In this document: positions 28,901 through 38,775 of the stretch, in pieces
Position numbering within the stretch: the stretch's first letter is position 1
Layout of the letters: each line of letters opens with the position of its first letter
Assembly: GCA_029855935.1 (NCBI GenBank)
Contig: JAGSHN010000005.1
Span: 142,396 to 206,395 of the forward strand
Source of the DNA: Candidatus Thorarchaeota archaeon
GTDB lineage: Archaea; Asgardarchaeota; Thorarchaeia; Thorarchaeales; Thorarchaeaceae
Direction of reading: 5' to 3'
DNA: 64,000 bases
Program-made: the position numbers and the translations under genes
The notes under the pieces: generated by a model
What the model saw: only the letters and a program-made list of their open reading frames with translations
What the model was told of the DNA's origin: nothing
Database searches by the model: none

Positions 28901-29852
28901 GAACCTGAACCTCCTGTGCAATCAGATGGGAGATCAGAGGTGGAACACTCTCTCCAACTTGATTGTATTGGCTTTCAATCGGGCCTACAAACTGGTAGTC
29001 ATCAGGATAACTCATCAGTCTTGCGTGTTCTCTCACAGTGAGTAATCGGTGCTCATATGGATGTATGTATCGTGAGAGACCGTTGACAGATGTTGCGACT
29101 TGATTTGGATGAAGACGTACCCAGTTGGGGATGGTCCGTCCACGAGATCGAAAGTACCGAATTCCTTGACCCCAACGAGTCTTACGTACGAGCTTCTCTC
29201 GCGACGGGGGCAGCAGGCGCAGCTGATGATTCGGAACATCGTTCGCTTGAGGTGAGAACAGAGCATCAAGACCTAATGGTGGTAAGTCGCCGATGGCCTC
29301 CTCAACAACTGGGGCACGACGACGAGGCAGATGCAGTCGAATGTTGCTGATGAATAGCCTCAGCCTGCGAGACGGGTTCCCGTGCTCTTCAGCCCGGATC
29401 AGATTGAAGTTGACGTTGCTGATACCAGCCCGCTCCATCTCCTCCAGCACTATGTCTCGGCCACCTGCACGAAGCAGAGCTGCTACGTTCTCGATAACAT
29501 AGACCTGTGGCTCTAGGTCGCCGATGAGCCGAATCGCATCGAGGAGTAGTCGCGCTGTCCCCTCGCCATAGACCCGCTCGATTGCAGGGCGCTCACTAGT
29601 CGGGTTGGCCAAACTGAACTCCTCACATGGGGGAGAGGCGATGACTATATCCGGTCGACCTCCAAGGAACCGTTCAATAGTCAGGGAGTGAAGGGCGCGG
29701 ATATCGTGTAGCAGCACCGTTGCCTGCGGATTATTCAACTGGTAGGTTGCAAGAGCGAACGAATCCACATCTATTGCAAGATGATGCGTTGCAAGATGGG
29801 CGAATCCCTGTGAGAAGCCTCCAGCGCCGCAGAAGAGGTCAACAATCTTCAT
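28890..29852 (-). CDS. C5 cytosine methyltransferase (orphan)
   Basis: DLFCGAGG, SPPC, ENV, RxRLF, RLLTVRE.ARL, QVGESVPP. Confidence 0.9.
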   Translation of the reverse strand: MKIVDLFCGAGGFSQGFAHLATHHLAIDVDSFALATYQLNNPQATVLLHDIRALHSLTIERFLGGRPDIVIASPPCEEFSLANPTSERPAIERVYGEGTARLLLDAIRLIGDLEPQVYVIENVAALLRAGGRDIVLEEMERAGISNVNFNLIRAEEHGNPSRRLRLFISNIRLHLPRRRAPVVEEAIGDLPPLGLDALFSPQANDVPNHQLRLLPPSREKLVRKTRWGQGIRYFRSRGRTIPNWVRLHPNQVATSVNGLSRYIHPYEHRLLTVREHARLMSYPDDYQFVGPIESQYNQVGESVPPLISHLIAQEVQVHVS

Positions 29853-30006
29853 GCTCGTCACCGGGTCGGAACCAGGCAATAGAAACCTATCGGTTGATGA
29901 TTAACCAAGAAGAGTTCAAACAGGTGTGCTAGGCAGCTGTCGACGGAAGAGTTCAAATGGAACGATGAACAACAGACCGCTCACACCGCAACAAGAGAGT
30001 GAGAGA

Positions 30007-30948
30007 ATGGGCACCGGAACAGGAAAGGGCAAGACCATTCTGTTTGGTGAGCACTTTGTCGTATACGGATATCCAGCACTAGCTGCAGGAATTGCAGCTG
30101 AAACTGTTGCTGTTGTGACGAGAAAGGAAGAGCCCGGCTGGACGCTTGACGATCAGAGACCCGAGATGCCGGGCTACAAGAAGGAGAAAGCCGAAGAGCA
30201 GCGCATCTCGATAGAAAACGTCCTGCGATTCTGTGGAATTGATGTGTCAAAACAGGGCATTCACATAGAGTTTGGTGGTAATCTCGTTTGTGCCTCAGGA
30301 ATAGGTGCGAGTGCGGCAAGCTGCGTTGCACTTGCACGTGCACTGAATGACGAGTTTGGACTGGGCTTCGACGACGAGAAGATAAATGAGGCTGCATACG
30401 AGGGGGAGAAAGGCTATCATGGGACCCCCTCGGGGATAGACAATACCGCATCGACATTTGGCGGACTTGTGTGGTATGTGCGGAATTTGGAGGGCGGACC
30501 ACCAACCTTTGAGAGAATCAAACTATCAAGGGGAGTAGACCTCGTCATTGCGGCAACGGGACTGACTGCTAGTACGAGGGAAGTGGTGGGTGATGTTAGA
30601 AGGAAGAAGGAGAGTAACCCTGAATGGTTCAAGGAGATAGTGACGGAGTATGATGGACTCGTCAGATCGGCTAGGGAGGCCCTCATCGCCCTCGACCTCA
30701 AGAAGGTGGGAGAACTGATGAACAGAAACCACGAACTGCTACAGGAACTGACAGTTTCCTGCGAGGAGCTAGACAATCTTGTGGGCATAGCACGAGAGAA
30801 CGGTGCTCTGGGGGCAAAGCTTACGGGAACGGGACGAGGGGGGAATATGATAGCGCTGGCAGAAAGCCCACAGGCGGCACAAGACATCGGGGAGGCCTTG
30901 AAAAGGGGAGGTGCTGCTGCTGTGTGGATAACATCGTTTGGACTATGA
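30007..30948 (+). CDS. mvk: Mevalonate kinase
   Basis: GKTILFGEHFVVYG, GIGASAA, HGTPSGID, GAKLTGTGRGG. Confidence 0.93.
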   Translation: MGTGTGKGKTILFGEHFVVYGYPALAAGIAAETVAVVTRKEEPGWTLDDQRPEMPGYKKEKAEEQRISIENVLRFCGIDVSKQGIHIEFGGNLVCASGIGASAASCVALARALNDEFGLGFDDEKINEAAYEGEKGYHGTPSGIDNTASTFGGLVWYVRNLEGGPPTFERIKLSRGVDLVIAATGLTASTREVVGDVRRKKESNPEWFKEIVTEYDGLVRSAREALIALDLKKVGELMNRNHELLQELTVSCEELDNLVGIARENGALGAKLTGTGRGGNMIALAESPQAAQDIGEALKRGGAAAVWITSFGL

Positions 30949-30975
30949 GAACTAATCAAGAGGAGGTAGAGAACG

Positions 30976-32283
30976 GTGATTCTGGAGGAATACGTCAACA
31001 CCCAACGAAATGATGGCAGACTCAGAGTGGTAAGAAAAGAGGTTTCCAAGAACTTGGAGGCCGCGGGAGTTCTAAGTGCAATGGAGCCTACTCCAATTCT
31101 CTTCGAAAACATAGCGGAGTCCGAATTCAGGGTTGTGGGAAACCTCTTCTGCACGAAGATGCAGATAGCAGACTACTTCGGCATCTCGGTTCAGGACATC
31201 ATCCCCATCCTCACCGCAGCGATTGAGAAGAGAAGCCCACCAGAGGTCACGGACAATGCACCATGTCAAGAGGTTGTGAGAGAGCACGTCGACCTGAATG
31301 AGCTGCCGATACTCGTGCACAATGAGGTTGATGGTGGGCCGTACATCTCGTCGGGCGTGATGGTGGCATCCGACCCGGAGTATGGTCAGAACCTGGACTT
31401 CCACAGAGCCATGCAATTTGACAAAGACAAGATGGTGATTCGTGTTGTCCGTGGGCGCGACTTTCACAAGTTCCTACAGAAGAATGGAGAACTTGATGTG
31501 GCACTTTGTGTTGGAAACACTCCAGAGGTTCTCATCGCGGCCGCAACGTCGGTAGAAACTGGCATCAACGAGCTTGAGATTGCGAATGCGCTTCGGCCAA
31601 TTCAGGTCACAAAGGCCAAGCTCTCAGACCTGTTGATTCCTGCCGACTGTGAGTTCGTTCTCGAGGGGCGGGTCTTTCTTGAGGAGCTTCACGACGAAGG
31701 ACCATTCATTGACCTCACAGAAACTGTCGATGTAGTCCGACAGGAACCGGTCTTTGAAGTCAGGAAGATAACTCATAGGAAGACGGCCATCTGGCAGGCT
31801 CTGCTCCCAGGTAAGCTGGAGCACAAGATCCTGATGGGAATGCCACGTGAGCCCACAATATTCAGAAAGGTCAGGGAGAGAAACGTGGAGGTTCTCGACG
31901 TGTACATCACACCGGGAGGCGCGAGCTGGCTCCATGTCGCTGTCAAAATAAGAAAGCACAATGAGGATGACGGGCTGAGAGCCGTCCAGGCTGCATTTGA
32001 GGGCCATAAGAGCGCAAAGCATGTCTGGGTGTACGACGATGATATAGACATCTATGATGAGCGTGAGCGTGAGTGGGCCATGGCAACTAGGTTTCAGGCC
32101 GATGAGGACCTTCTGATCAAAGACAGGGAGCCCGGTAGCTCTCTCGACCCCAGCGCCGAGCCGGGCACCAAGATGACGACCAAGGTGGGATTTGACTGTA
32201 CAAAGCCCCTTGTCACAAAGGGCAAGAGCTTTGACAAGGCGAAATTCCCTGTCGTTGATGTTGATAAGTATCTGGGTGAGTGA
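30976..32283 (+). CDS. UbiD-family decarboxylase, probable anhydromevalonate phosphate decarboxylase
   Basis: DGGPYI, FHR, EGPF, SSLDPS, KVGFDCTKP; located between mvk and the aconitase X genes. Confidence 0.85.
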   Translation: MILEEYVNTQRNDGRLRVVRKEVSKNLEAAGVLSAMEPTPILFENIAESEFRVVGNLFCTKMQIADYFGISVQDIIPILTAAIEKRSPPEVTDNAPCQEVVREHVDLNELPILVHNEVDGGPYISSGVMVASDPEYGQNLDFHRAMQFDKDKMVIRVVRGRDFHKFLQKNGELDVALCVGNTPEVLIAAATSVETGINELEIANALRPIQVTKAKLSDLLIPADCEFVLEGRVFLEELHDEGPFIDLTETVDVVRQEPVFEVRKITHRKTAIWQALLPGKLEHKILMGMPREPTIFRKVRERNVEVLDVYITPGGASWLHVAVKIRKHNEDDGLRAVQAAFEGHKSAKHVWVYDDDIDIYDEREREWAMATRFQADEDLLIKDREPGSSLDPSAEPGTKMTTKVGFDCTKPLVTKGKSFDKAKFPVVDVDKYLGE

Positions 32284-32284
32284 A

Positions 32285-33472
32285 ATGGGACTCGAACTGA
32301 CGAGAGAAGAACAAGAGATGCTGGACGGGAAACACGGCAAGGCAACCCAGAAAGCAATGGAGATTATCACAACACTGGGAGAAATATATGGTGCAGAGAA
32401 ACTGATTCCGGTTTCAAGCGTGCAGATTGCGGGTGTCTCATATCACAACCTCGGAGAGGCTGGGCTTGAGTATCTCGCGGAGATGGCGGAGGACGGAAGG
32501 GTGCGCGTTCTGACCACTCTCAATCCAGCAGGTATGGACCTGACCGAGTGGAAAAAACATGGAATTCCCGAGGACTTTGCCAAGAATCAGCAACGAGTGG
32601 TCGAAGCATTTGCAAGGATGGGGGTCATAACTACCTGCACCTGCACCCCCTATCTGATTGGCAACCTTCCGCACTACGGTGAACACATAGCTTGGGCCGA
32701 GTCCTCTGCGGTCTGCTTTGCTAACTCGATTATCGGAGCACGAACGAATCGCGAGGGCGGTCCCAGCGCTCTCGCCGCGGCACTCACTGGACGGACAGCG
32801 GAATACGGACTTCATCTCGATGAAAACAGGAATGCACAAGTGAGATACATTGTGGAGGCCGACCTTGAAAACACGGACGACTTTGGTCTGCTGGGAAAGG
32901 TGATAGGTGACCGTACCAAGAAGAGGGTGCCATATATAGTCGGCATAGAGAGTGCGACCACTGAGGAATTGAAGTCTCTCTGTGCATCCATTGCGACATA
33001 CGGCGGTCTGGGCATATTTCACATCGAGGGCATAACGCCCAACCGAACACCAATCCCTGAAGAAACAGAAACGGTCACTCAAGAAGATCTGGAGCAGGCG
33101 AGGGACGAACTCGACGACCGGGACGCGGAAATAGACTTCATCAGCATTGGATGCCCTCACGCCAGCATAAAGGAGATAGTGAGGGTTGCTGAACTCCTGA
33201 AGGGGAAAAAGATTGCTGAGGGGAAGACTGTCTGGATAACCACTGCAAGGCCAACAAAGGATCTTGCCATCAAGATGGGATACTATGACATCATAGAACA
33301 GGCAGGAGCATTCCTTGTCAGCGATGCTTGCTGTGCAGTGGCCCCGCTCAAGGGCAGGTTCAAGGGCCTGATGACGGACTCCGCCAAGGCTTGCTTCTAT
33401 GCCAGAGGCAAGAACAAGTTCAGGACCGAGATTCGGACTGTGGAGGAATGCATCAGGGAGGCGACATCATGA
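32285..33472 (+). CDS. Phosphomevalonate dehydratase large subunit (aconitase X)
   Basis: QIAGVSY, TTLNP, TCTCTPY, WAESSA, GARTNREG, GCPHAS. Confidence 0.9.
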   Translation: MGLELTREEQEMLDGKHGKATQKAMEIITTLGEIYGAEKLIPVSSVQIAGVSYHNLGEAGLEYLAEMAEDGRVRVLTTLNPAGMDLTEWKKHGIPEDFAKNQQRVVEAFARMGVITTCTCTPYLIGNLPHYGEHIAWAESSAVCFANSIIGARTNREGGPSALAAALTGRTAEYGLHLDENRNAQVRYIVEADLENTDDFGLLGKVIGDRTKKRVPYIVGIESATTEELKSLCASIATYGGLGIFHIEGITPNRTPIPEETETVTQEDLEQARDELDDRDAEIDFISIGCPHASIKEIVRVAELLKGKKIAEGKTVWITTARPTKDLAIKMGYYDIIEQAGAFLVSDACCAVAPLKGRFKGLMTDSAKACFYARGKNKFRTEIRTVEECIREATS

Positions 33473-33861
33473 AACTCCAGGGAAGGCGCATATTCAAGGG
33501 AAAAGCAACGGGAGAGGTCCTCGCCACCTCCGAGGACATCTCGTTCTACGGAGGCTGCGATCCGGAAACAGGGGAGATTGTCGAGAAGAACCACCCTCTT
33601 GAGGGGCAGTCCGTTGCGGGGAAAGTTCTGGTATTTCCAACGGGAAAGGGCAGCACAGTCGGATCATACGTTCTGTACGCCCTGAAGAAAGCAGGTAAGG
33701 CCCCTCTTGCAATTATCAATAGGGCGACGGACCCCGTCATTGCCGTCGGATGTATAATAAGTGAGATTCCCGCAGTGGATCAGATAGACATAGACCATCT
33801 CAGGACGGGACAGAGAGTGGAAGTGGATGCAGACAACGGCACCGTCACAATCTTGGACTAG
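33469..33861 (+). CDS. Phosphomevalonate dehydratase small subunit (DUF126 swivelling domain)
   Basis: ISFYGG.DP.TG, GKGSTVGSY; ATGA overlap with the large subunit. Confidence 0.9.
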   Translation: MKLQGRRIFKGKATGEVLATSEDISFYGGCDPETGEIVEKNHPLEGQSVAGKVLVFPTGKGSTVGSYVLYALKKAGKAPLAIINRATDPVIAVGCIISEIPAVDQIDIDHLRTGQRVEVDADNGTVTILD

Positions 33862-34478
33862 AGCCGCTGAATCTGCGGCTCAAAGTCCTCCACCGTGAAC
33901 GCCGGCTCTGCATCTTCAGGAATATCCCCGCGTTCGATTAGTACCTGCTTCGTGAGGAGATAGTAGATCAACGCCAGTGCCTTGCGTCCGCGGTTGTTCG
34001 TCGGGATGACTAAATCGACGTTGGTCACCACGTTGTCGGTGTCGCACAGTGCCACAACGGGAACACCGATTTTCGATGCCTCTGTCAGGGCCTGCTGATC
34101 GGTACGCGGGTCTGTCAGTATGACCAGCTCCGGCTCCACGTATACACGAGGACCAGCAATGCTCGGGTTTGTTAGCGTTCCTGGAATGAACCTTGTTGTG
34201 AACGCATTTGCACCCGTGTAGTGCGCGAAGGTTTCCACAGGACGCTTACCATATGCGCGACCCGATACCACCGCGATCTTTGATGGTTCAAACCTTGCAA
34301 TGAACTTGGCAGCAACACGTAGACGCTCATCGGTCTTGCGGACATCCAGAACATAGACGCCCGTTGGTCGCTGACGATAGACGAACTGATCCATATCCTC
34401 TGTCTTCATTGTCGTGCCTATGTGACATCCAGCAGCGAGATAGTTGTCCAGTGATGTCAGCAGGTCAATCTCAGCCAT
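33858..34478 (-). CDS. rps2: Ribosomal protein uS2
   Basis: YLAAGCHIG, RFIPGTLTNP, DTD, IPTNNRG. Confidence 0.96.
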   Translation of the reverse strand: MAEIDLLTSLDNYLAAGCHIGTTMKTEDMDQFVYRQRPTGVYVLDVRKTDERLRVAAKFIARFEPSKIAVVSGRAYGKRPVETFAHYTGANAFTTRFIPGTLTNPSIAGPRVYVEPELVILTDPRTDQQALTEASKIGVPVVALCDTDNVVTNVDLVIPTNNRGRKALALIYYLLTKQVLIERGDIPEDAEPAFTVEDFEPQIQRL

Positions 34479-34485
34479 CTCAGTA

Positions 34486-34710
34486 TCACTCACTCTGCTT
34501 AGCCTCCTCTGCGCCAATTGTCGCAAACGCCATGAAGCTGTCGATGATGTCAATATGGGCGAGCAACATCCGACGACAGCAGTACCGATGAAGCCCCAGA
34601 TTGTCTAGAACCTCAGCGGGATCAGCTCCCTGTCGGACCTGACGCCGAAACTCTTCATACTTGTCTGCAACAACTTTTCCGCACGTGAAACATCGCACTG
34701 GGATTATCAA
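34486..34710 (-). CDS. rpoN: RNA polymerase subunit N (Rpo10)
   Basis: [20 protein letters not shown]. Confidence 0.96.
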   Translation of the reverse strand: MIIPVRCFTCGKVVADKYEEFRRQVRQGADPAEVLDNLGLHRYCCRRMLLAHIDIIDSFMAFATIGAEEAKQSE

Positions 34711-34728
34711 TCGTTCACACCTCATCAT

Positions 34729-35133
34729 CTACCTGTATGACTTCTGATATCGTGCTCTTGCAGACGGGCCTCCGAACTTCTTGGGCTCGGTTCGACGCGC
34801 GTCACCCACAAGCATCGTACGATCATGCTCGAGCATTCGGGAGCGGGCCTCGTAGTCCTGACTCATCTTGATCAGGCCAGTCGCAATTGCCATTCTCACT
34901 GCATCAGCCTGACTCATAAAACCGCCACCGCGTACCCTGACACGGATGTCGTATTTCTTCCATCCGTCACCAAACAGAAGCAGTGGTTCCATAATCCTCA
35001 GCCTTGCCACCTCGGGCTCAAGTATCTCAAGGGGCTTGCCGTTGATACGGATACGTCCCTTCCCCTCCCGGATTGTGGCCTTAGCCAAGGATGTCTTTCT
35101 CTTTCCTGTAGACACTACGACCCGCACTTTCAC
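34729..35133 (-). CDS. rps9: Ribosomal protein uS9
   Basis: GKRKT, GGG..SQA.A.R, EPKKFGGPSARARYQKSYR. Confidence 0.96.
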   Translation of the reverse strand: MKVRVVVSTGKRKTSLAKATIREGKGRIRINGKPLEILEPEVARLRIMEPLLLFGDGWKKYDIRVRVRGGGFMSQADAVRMAIATGLIKMSQDYEARSRMLEHDRTMLVGDARRTEPKKFGGPSARARYQKSYR

Positions 35134-35591
35134 GCCTCCTCCATGGGATTCCTCCAGCCAAGCTCGTGACATAGCTCGCCGACCGTTATGTATTTCCTAG
35201 TCAGACTGGTGTACCGGGCCCCCTCCAGCACGATGGGGTCTATGTCAGCATATTCCTCCGGAACCCCTATGTAGACACGAATCCGCTTGTAAGCAGCCTT
35301 GCCTCTGGGCTTGGGCCAAGGCAACATTCCACGGATGATTCTACGCACCAAAGTATCAGGCCTCTTGGGATGAAAAGGCCCTTTGCGAGGATTGTATGAC
35401 GTACGAATCCGACGCTTGGACTTGTATGCCTTGATCACTGTATACCGGTCGCCCGTTATGATTGCTTTCTCAGCGTTGACGATGACCACAATCTCGCCCA
35501 AGAGCGCAGCCTTTGCCGCCTTGGCCGCAAGGCGCCCTACGACCAGATTCGATGCATCGTACACTTTGACTCGCTGTTCGTTCATCATCAT
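35130..35591 (-). CDS. rpl13: Ribosomal protein uL13
   Basis: GRLAA, VNAEK, GPFHP.RP, RGMLP. Confidence 0.95.
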   Translation of the reverse strand: MMMNEQRVKVYDASNLVVGRLAAKAAKAALLGEIVVIVNAEKAIITGDRYTVIKAYKSKRRIRTSYNPRKGPFHPKRPDTLVRRIIRGMLPWPKPRGKAAYKRIRVYIGVPEEYADIDPIVLEGARYTSLTRKYITVGELCHELGWRNPMEEA

Positions 35592-35596
35592 CCACC

Positions 35597-35959
35597 TCAA
35601 ATAATGATTGTCACCCCTCGCCCAGTTGGCCGCTGGGCCAGTAGTTCGTCAATCGAAATCAGTGATCCACCAGCACCTACAATCATAGACCGCGCAGATG
35701 CTGATGCGTTCAAGGCGGCAACTGTGACCTTGTGCGCAATGGTCCCGGCTCCAAGTACTTTGCCAGGGACCACAACTATGTCCCCGTCATCTGTATAGCG
35801 TGCAATCTTGCCGATGTTGACCACCACTCTCTTGCGTGCAGGCCGAGCGATGAGCTCAGCGACACGCTTCCATATGTTCACACCGTGCCTGTTCGCAGTT
35901 CTGCGAAGGGCCTTGATTAGAGCACGGGTGTTGGGGTCTGTTGCTCCGGATTTCACCAT
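35597..35959 (-). CDS. rpl18e: Ribosomal protein eL18
   Basis: IWKRVA, VNIGKI, VVPGKVLG. Confidence 0.95.
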   Translation of the reverse strand: MVKSGATDPNTRALIKALRRTANRHGVNIWKRVAELIARPARKRVVVNIGKIARYTDDGDIVVVPGKVLGAGTIAHKVTVAALNASASARSMIVGAGGSLISIDELLAQRPTGRGVTIII

Positions 35960-35974
35960 TTGTTGTCTCCGCTC

Positions 35975-36775
35975 CTATAACAAGTTCGCAAAGTCCAAGG
36001 CGATACGTATCCGCTCCTTCAGGATGTCAAGAGCCTTCTCTATAATTACGGTCGGTTCTAACGCACCGGTCGACTCAACCTTGAACAAGAAGCTATCAGG
36101 TTTTGAGTCGATTGTTATTGCATTCGGCTCACATTCTTTCACGCAGAGCTCACACAGGCTGCATTCGAGTGTGTTCTGCGTCGATAAGACATCCCCCTCA
36201 AGACGGAATATCTTCTTCGGGCATATCTCGACGCAGACACCGCACCTGTCGCAGGCCTTGGTGTCTATGCTCACTACAGGAACATACTTGTATGCAACCG
36301 TGGACACCGGCTGGAACTTCGCATTCTCCCGACCAGTTCCCAGACGGGCATAGGCCTCGATGATGATTCTCTGTCCAGGAGCGAGTTTGACGAGCGGGAT
36401 CTTGTCTGAGGCGGGCACAACCTTTGGGTCCTGAGACATTAGGTCGCCAGAGTAGACGAGCTTCTCCTCGCCCTCAGCCTCAACCTCAAGAGTGAGTGTA
36501 CACTGGCAGAGGCTACAGCCCTTCCCCTCGCAATCGCACTCGTCGGGATGATTGTAGTCTTCCAGTGGTGTCACCAAGGGTATGAGGCCAAGGCGGTGCG
36601 CCAGCATCTCATCGTACATTACACTCGTGTTCTCCAGAATGAGAACTTCATCTATGGCCATTGATGGCACCCGCGTCAACATAGTACGCCGGAGAGCATT
36701 TGCAAAGGCCACGTCTACTCCTTCGATGAGGAAGTGGCACACGTCATCTTTCATATATATGATTGTGACTTCCAC
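35975..36775 (-). CDS. rpoD: RNA polymerase subunit D (Rpo3) with ferredoxin-like domain
   Basis: ANALRR, NTSV.YDE.LAHRLGLIP, two CxxCxxCxxxCP-type motifs. Confidence 0.95.
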   Translation of the reverse strand: MEVTIIYMKDDVCHFLIEGVDVAFANALRRTMLTRVPSMAIDEVLILENTSVMYDEMLAHRLGLIPLVTPLEDYNHPDECDCEGKGCSLCQCTLTLEVEAEGEEKLVYSGDLMSQDPKVVPASDKIPLVKLAPGQRIIIEAYARLGTGRENAKFQPVSTVAYKYVPVVSIDTKACDRCGVCVEICPKKIFRLEGDVLSTQNTLECSLCELCVKECEPNAITIDSKPDSFLFKVESTGALEPTVIIEKALDILKERIRIALDFANLL

Positions 36776-36907
36776 CTAATCACCTGACCTCAGAGGCTGT
36801 GTGTGTCCACCCAAAAGACACTGTTCCCGGACGGACTCGCTATCGACCGGTGTGTCGTCTAGCTCACTCGCCCGTGTCCTGGGCAGGTCTGCGACCTGCG
36901 CACGACA

Positions 36908-36920
36908 ATAAAAGGATTAC
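36908..36920 (-). promoter_or_regulatory. BRE-TATA-like element GTAATCCTTTTAT upstream of the rpoD operon
   Basis: Near-identical 13-mers at 45994, 54506 and 59115, each upstream of minus-strand genes. Confidence 0.55.
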
Positions 36921-37036
36921 CGTAGAGCCGTGTGATTTTGTCCAGTAGCGCAGATCGAATTGGGCAAGCAGGAGTACGCGATGCAGGGTGGGCGAACGTC
37001 CGTCCCCACAAATCAAGTGCCTAATGACCAAGGTGC

Positions 37037-37534
37037 CTAGGCAGCCAGTTGGACCATGTCCCTCAGACCCTCCACTATCAGTCGATATCCACGTAGGCGC
37101 TGTTTCGGATCAATTGCTATCATCCCGTAGGTCGGAATTCCTAGGAGGTCCTGAACAGACTCCGGGCGCATTGAACCAGGCAGGTCTTGTTTGTTAGCGA
37201 TGGCGATTACCTGTTTCCCAGCCAAGAGAGCTTCGTATTTCTTCAGCAGCTGGCGGGTCTTGAGAACTGCCTTGGGAGTACTCTCTGTGACCACGACAAT
37301 CATCTCGCTGCCCTTCATAAAATCGGGCCACATAAACTCAAAATGAGCTTGACCACCCATCTCAACAAGTGTGATCTTCGTCCGATCATCGAGGGTGATT
37401 GTCCCGCAGTCCATTCCTGCGGTCGGCTGGTACTTGCTTTGAAGCTTGGTGACATCATCCGTCAACAGACGAATCAGAGTAGATTTGCCAGCGTACCCCG
37501 CGCCCATCAGGGCAACCTTGACGTATCGAGTCAT
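37037..37534 (-). CDS. Small Ras-superfamily (Arf-related) GTPase
   Basis: G1 GAGYAGKST, G2 PT, G3 EMGGQ, G4 NKQD. Confidence 0.88.
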   Translation of the reverse strand: MTRYVKVALMGAGYAGKSTLIRLLTDDVTKLQSKYQPTAGMDCGTITLDDRTKITLVEMGGQAHFEFMWPDFMKGSEMIVVVTESTPKAVLKTRQLLKKYEALLAGKQVIAIANKQDLPGSMRPESVQDLLGIPTYGMIAIDPKQRLRGYRLIVEGLRDMVQLAA

Positions 37535-37716
37535 TTCATACGGCTCCAGTCGAGTTCTCGACGGGGATAAGGGATACAATACATATCAGCCATCGTGTTA
37601 CGATTGTAACACAGGCTGCTCCAGAGATAGGTACATATTGCCCCCTTTAAACTGCCACACGGTCTAACAGAAGCTCTTAACAAGCGGCTTACAGCTGTGA
37701 CTGTTGGTCGGGTAAC

Positions 37717-38700
37717 ATGGACAATGTTCGTCCCGAAATAGTGTTCATCCAAAACGATGCAATAGAGAGGCTTCCGGAGATTGTTTCAAGGTACGGAAAA
37801 GGACTCGTAGTTACAGACAGTATCATCTTCAAGCGATACGGGGAGAGGCTTGCCAAGACTTGTGATAGTGACCCAACGTGGGTGCTGGTGGACAAGGGAA
37901 TTCCCAATGACCTGCAGGTAGAGGGAATCGATGTCATTGTGGGGTTTGGAGGAGGACGAAGCATTGATGCAGCTAAGCTCATAGCCGCGCAGACCAAGTT
38001 GGATTGGATTTCCGTTCCGACTGCAGCATCGCACGATGGTATTGCTAGTGAGGCAGCCTCTGTCGCCCACAATGGTTATCGATACTCGAAGCGTTGTAAG
38101 CTACCCGTTGCTGTAGTGGCAGACCTGTCGATAATCTCAGATGCGCCAGTGGAGCTGAAGCAGGCTGGAACGGGGGACATACTGTGCAAGGCATCCAGCC
38201 TTAGTGAGTGGAAGTTCGCACACGAGAGGTATGAGGAACCGTTTGTCCAAGAGGCATACAACCTGGTCAGGCGCGCACTAGACCAAGTAATTCGGGACGA
38301 CCGCCTTGAAACCCTAGTGCGTGCGGAGATTGATGCGGGACGGGCCATGTACTTGGCACAGAGCTCTAGACCCTGTTCGGGGACCGAACACGCAATATCA
38401 CATGCGATGGAGCGTCGGAACCATGCGCTTCACGGTCTACAGGTCATCTTTGCCACACCTTTGTGCCTGCACTACCTAGAGGCGAGAGGCCAAGCGCTCT
38501 ATTCAAGGGACTTTATGACTGAGGTGATCAGTGAAAGAGGACTGCCACGTATGCTTGAAGACCTAGACCTCACTCTAGAGATGTTCGTCGACGATATTCA
38601 TCATGCACTCAAGATAATGCAGCGGAGGAACAGACACTCGATACTCGCGGACGTTGAGGACGAGGAACTCAGACGAGTGATATTGGATCTGTACACATAG
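37717..38700 (+). CDS. egsA: Glycerol-1-phosphate dehydrogenase
   Basis: GFGGGRSIDAAK, VPTAASHDGIAS, SRPCSGTEH.ISH, LHG.QV. Confidence 0.9.
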   Translation: MDNVRPEIVFIQNDAIERLPEIVSRYGKGLVVTDSIIFKRYGERLAKTCDSDPTWVLVDKGIPNDLQVEGIDVIVGFGGGRSIDAAKLIAAQTKLDWISVPTAASHDGIASEAASVAHNGYRYSKRCKLPVAVVADLSIISDAPVELKQAGTGDILCKASSLSEWKFAHERYEEPFVQEAYNLVRRALDQVIRDDRLETLVRAEIDAGRAMYLAQSSRPCSGTEHAISHAMERRNHALHGLQVIFATPLCLHYLEARGQALYSRDFMTEVISERGLPRMLEDLDLTLEMFVDDIHHALKIMQRRNRHSILADVEDEELRRVILDLYT

Positions 38701-38775
38701 ATGCGCTGACACTTCGACAGTTTTAAAAGAACCAGCCATGACGACGACCAGAGCGCCGATAAGAGAGCGTTCTCA

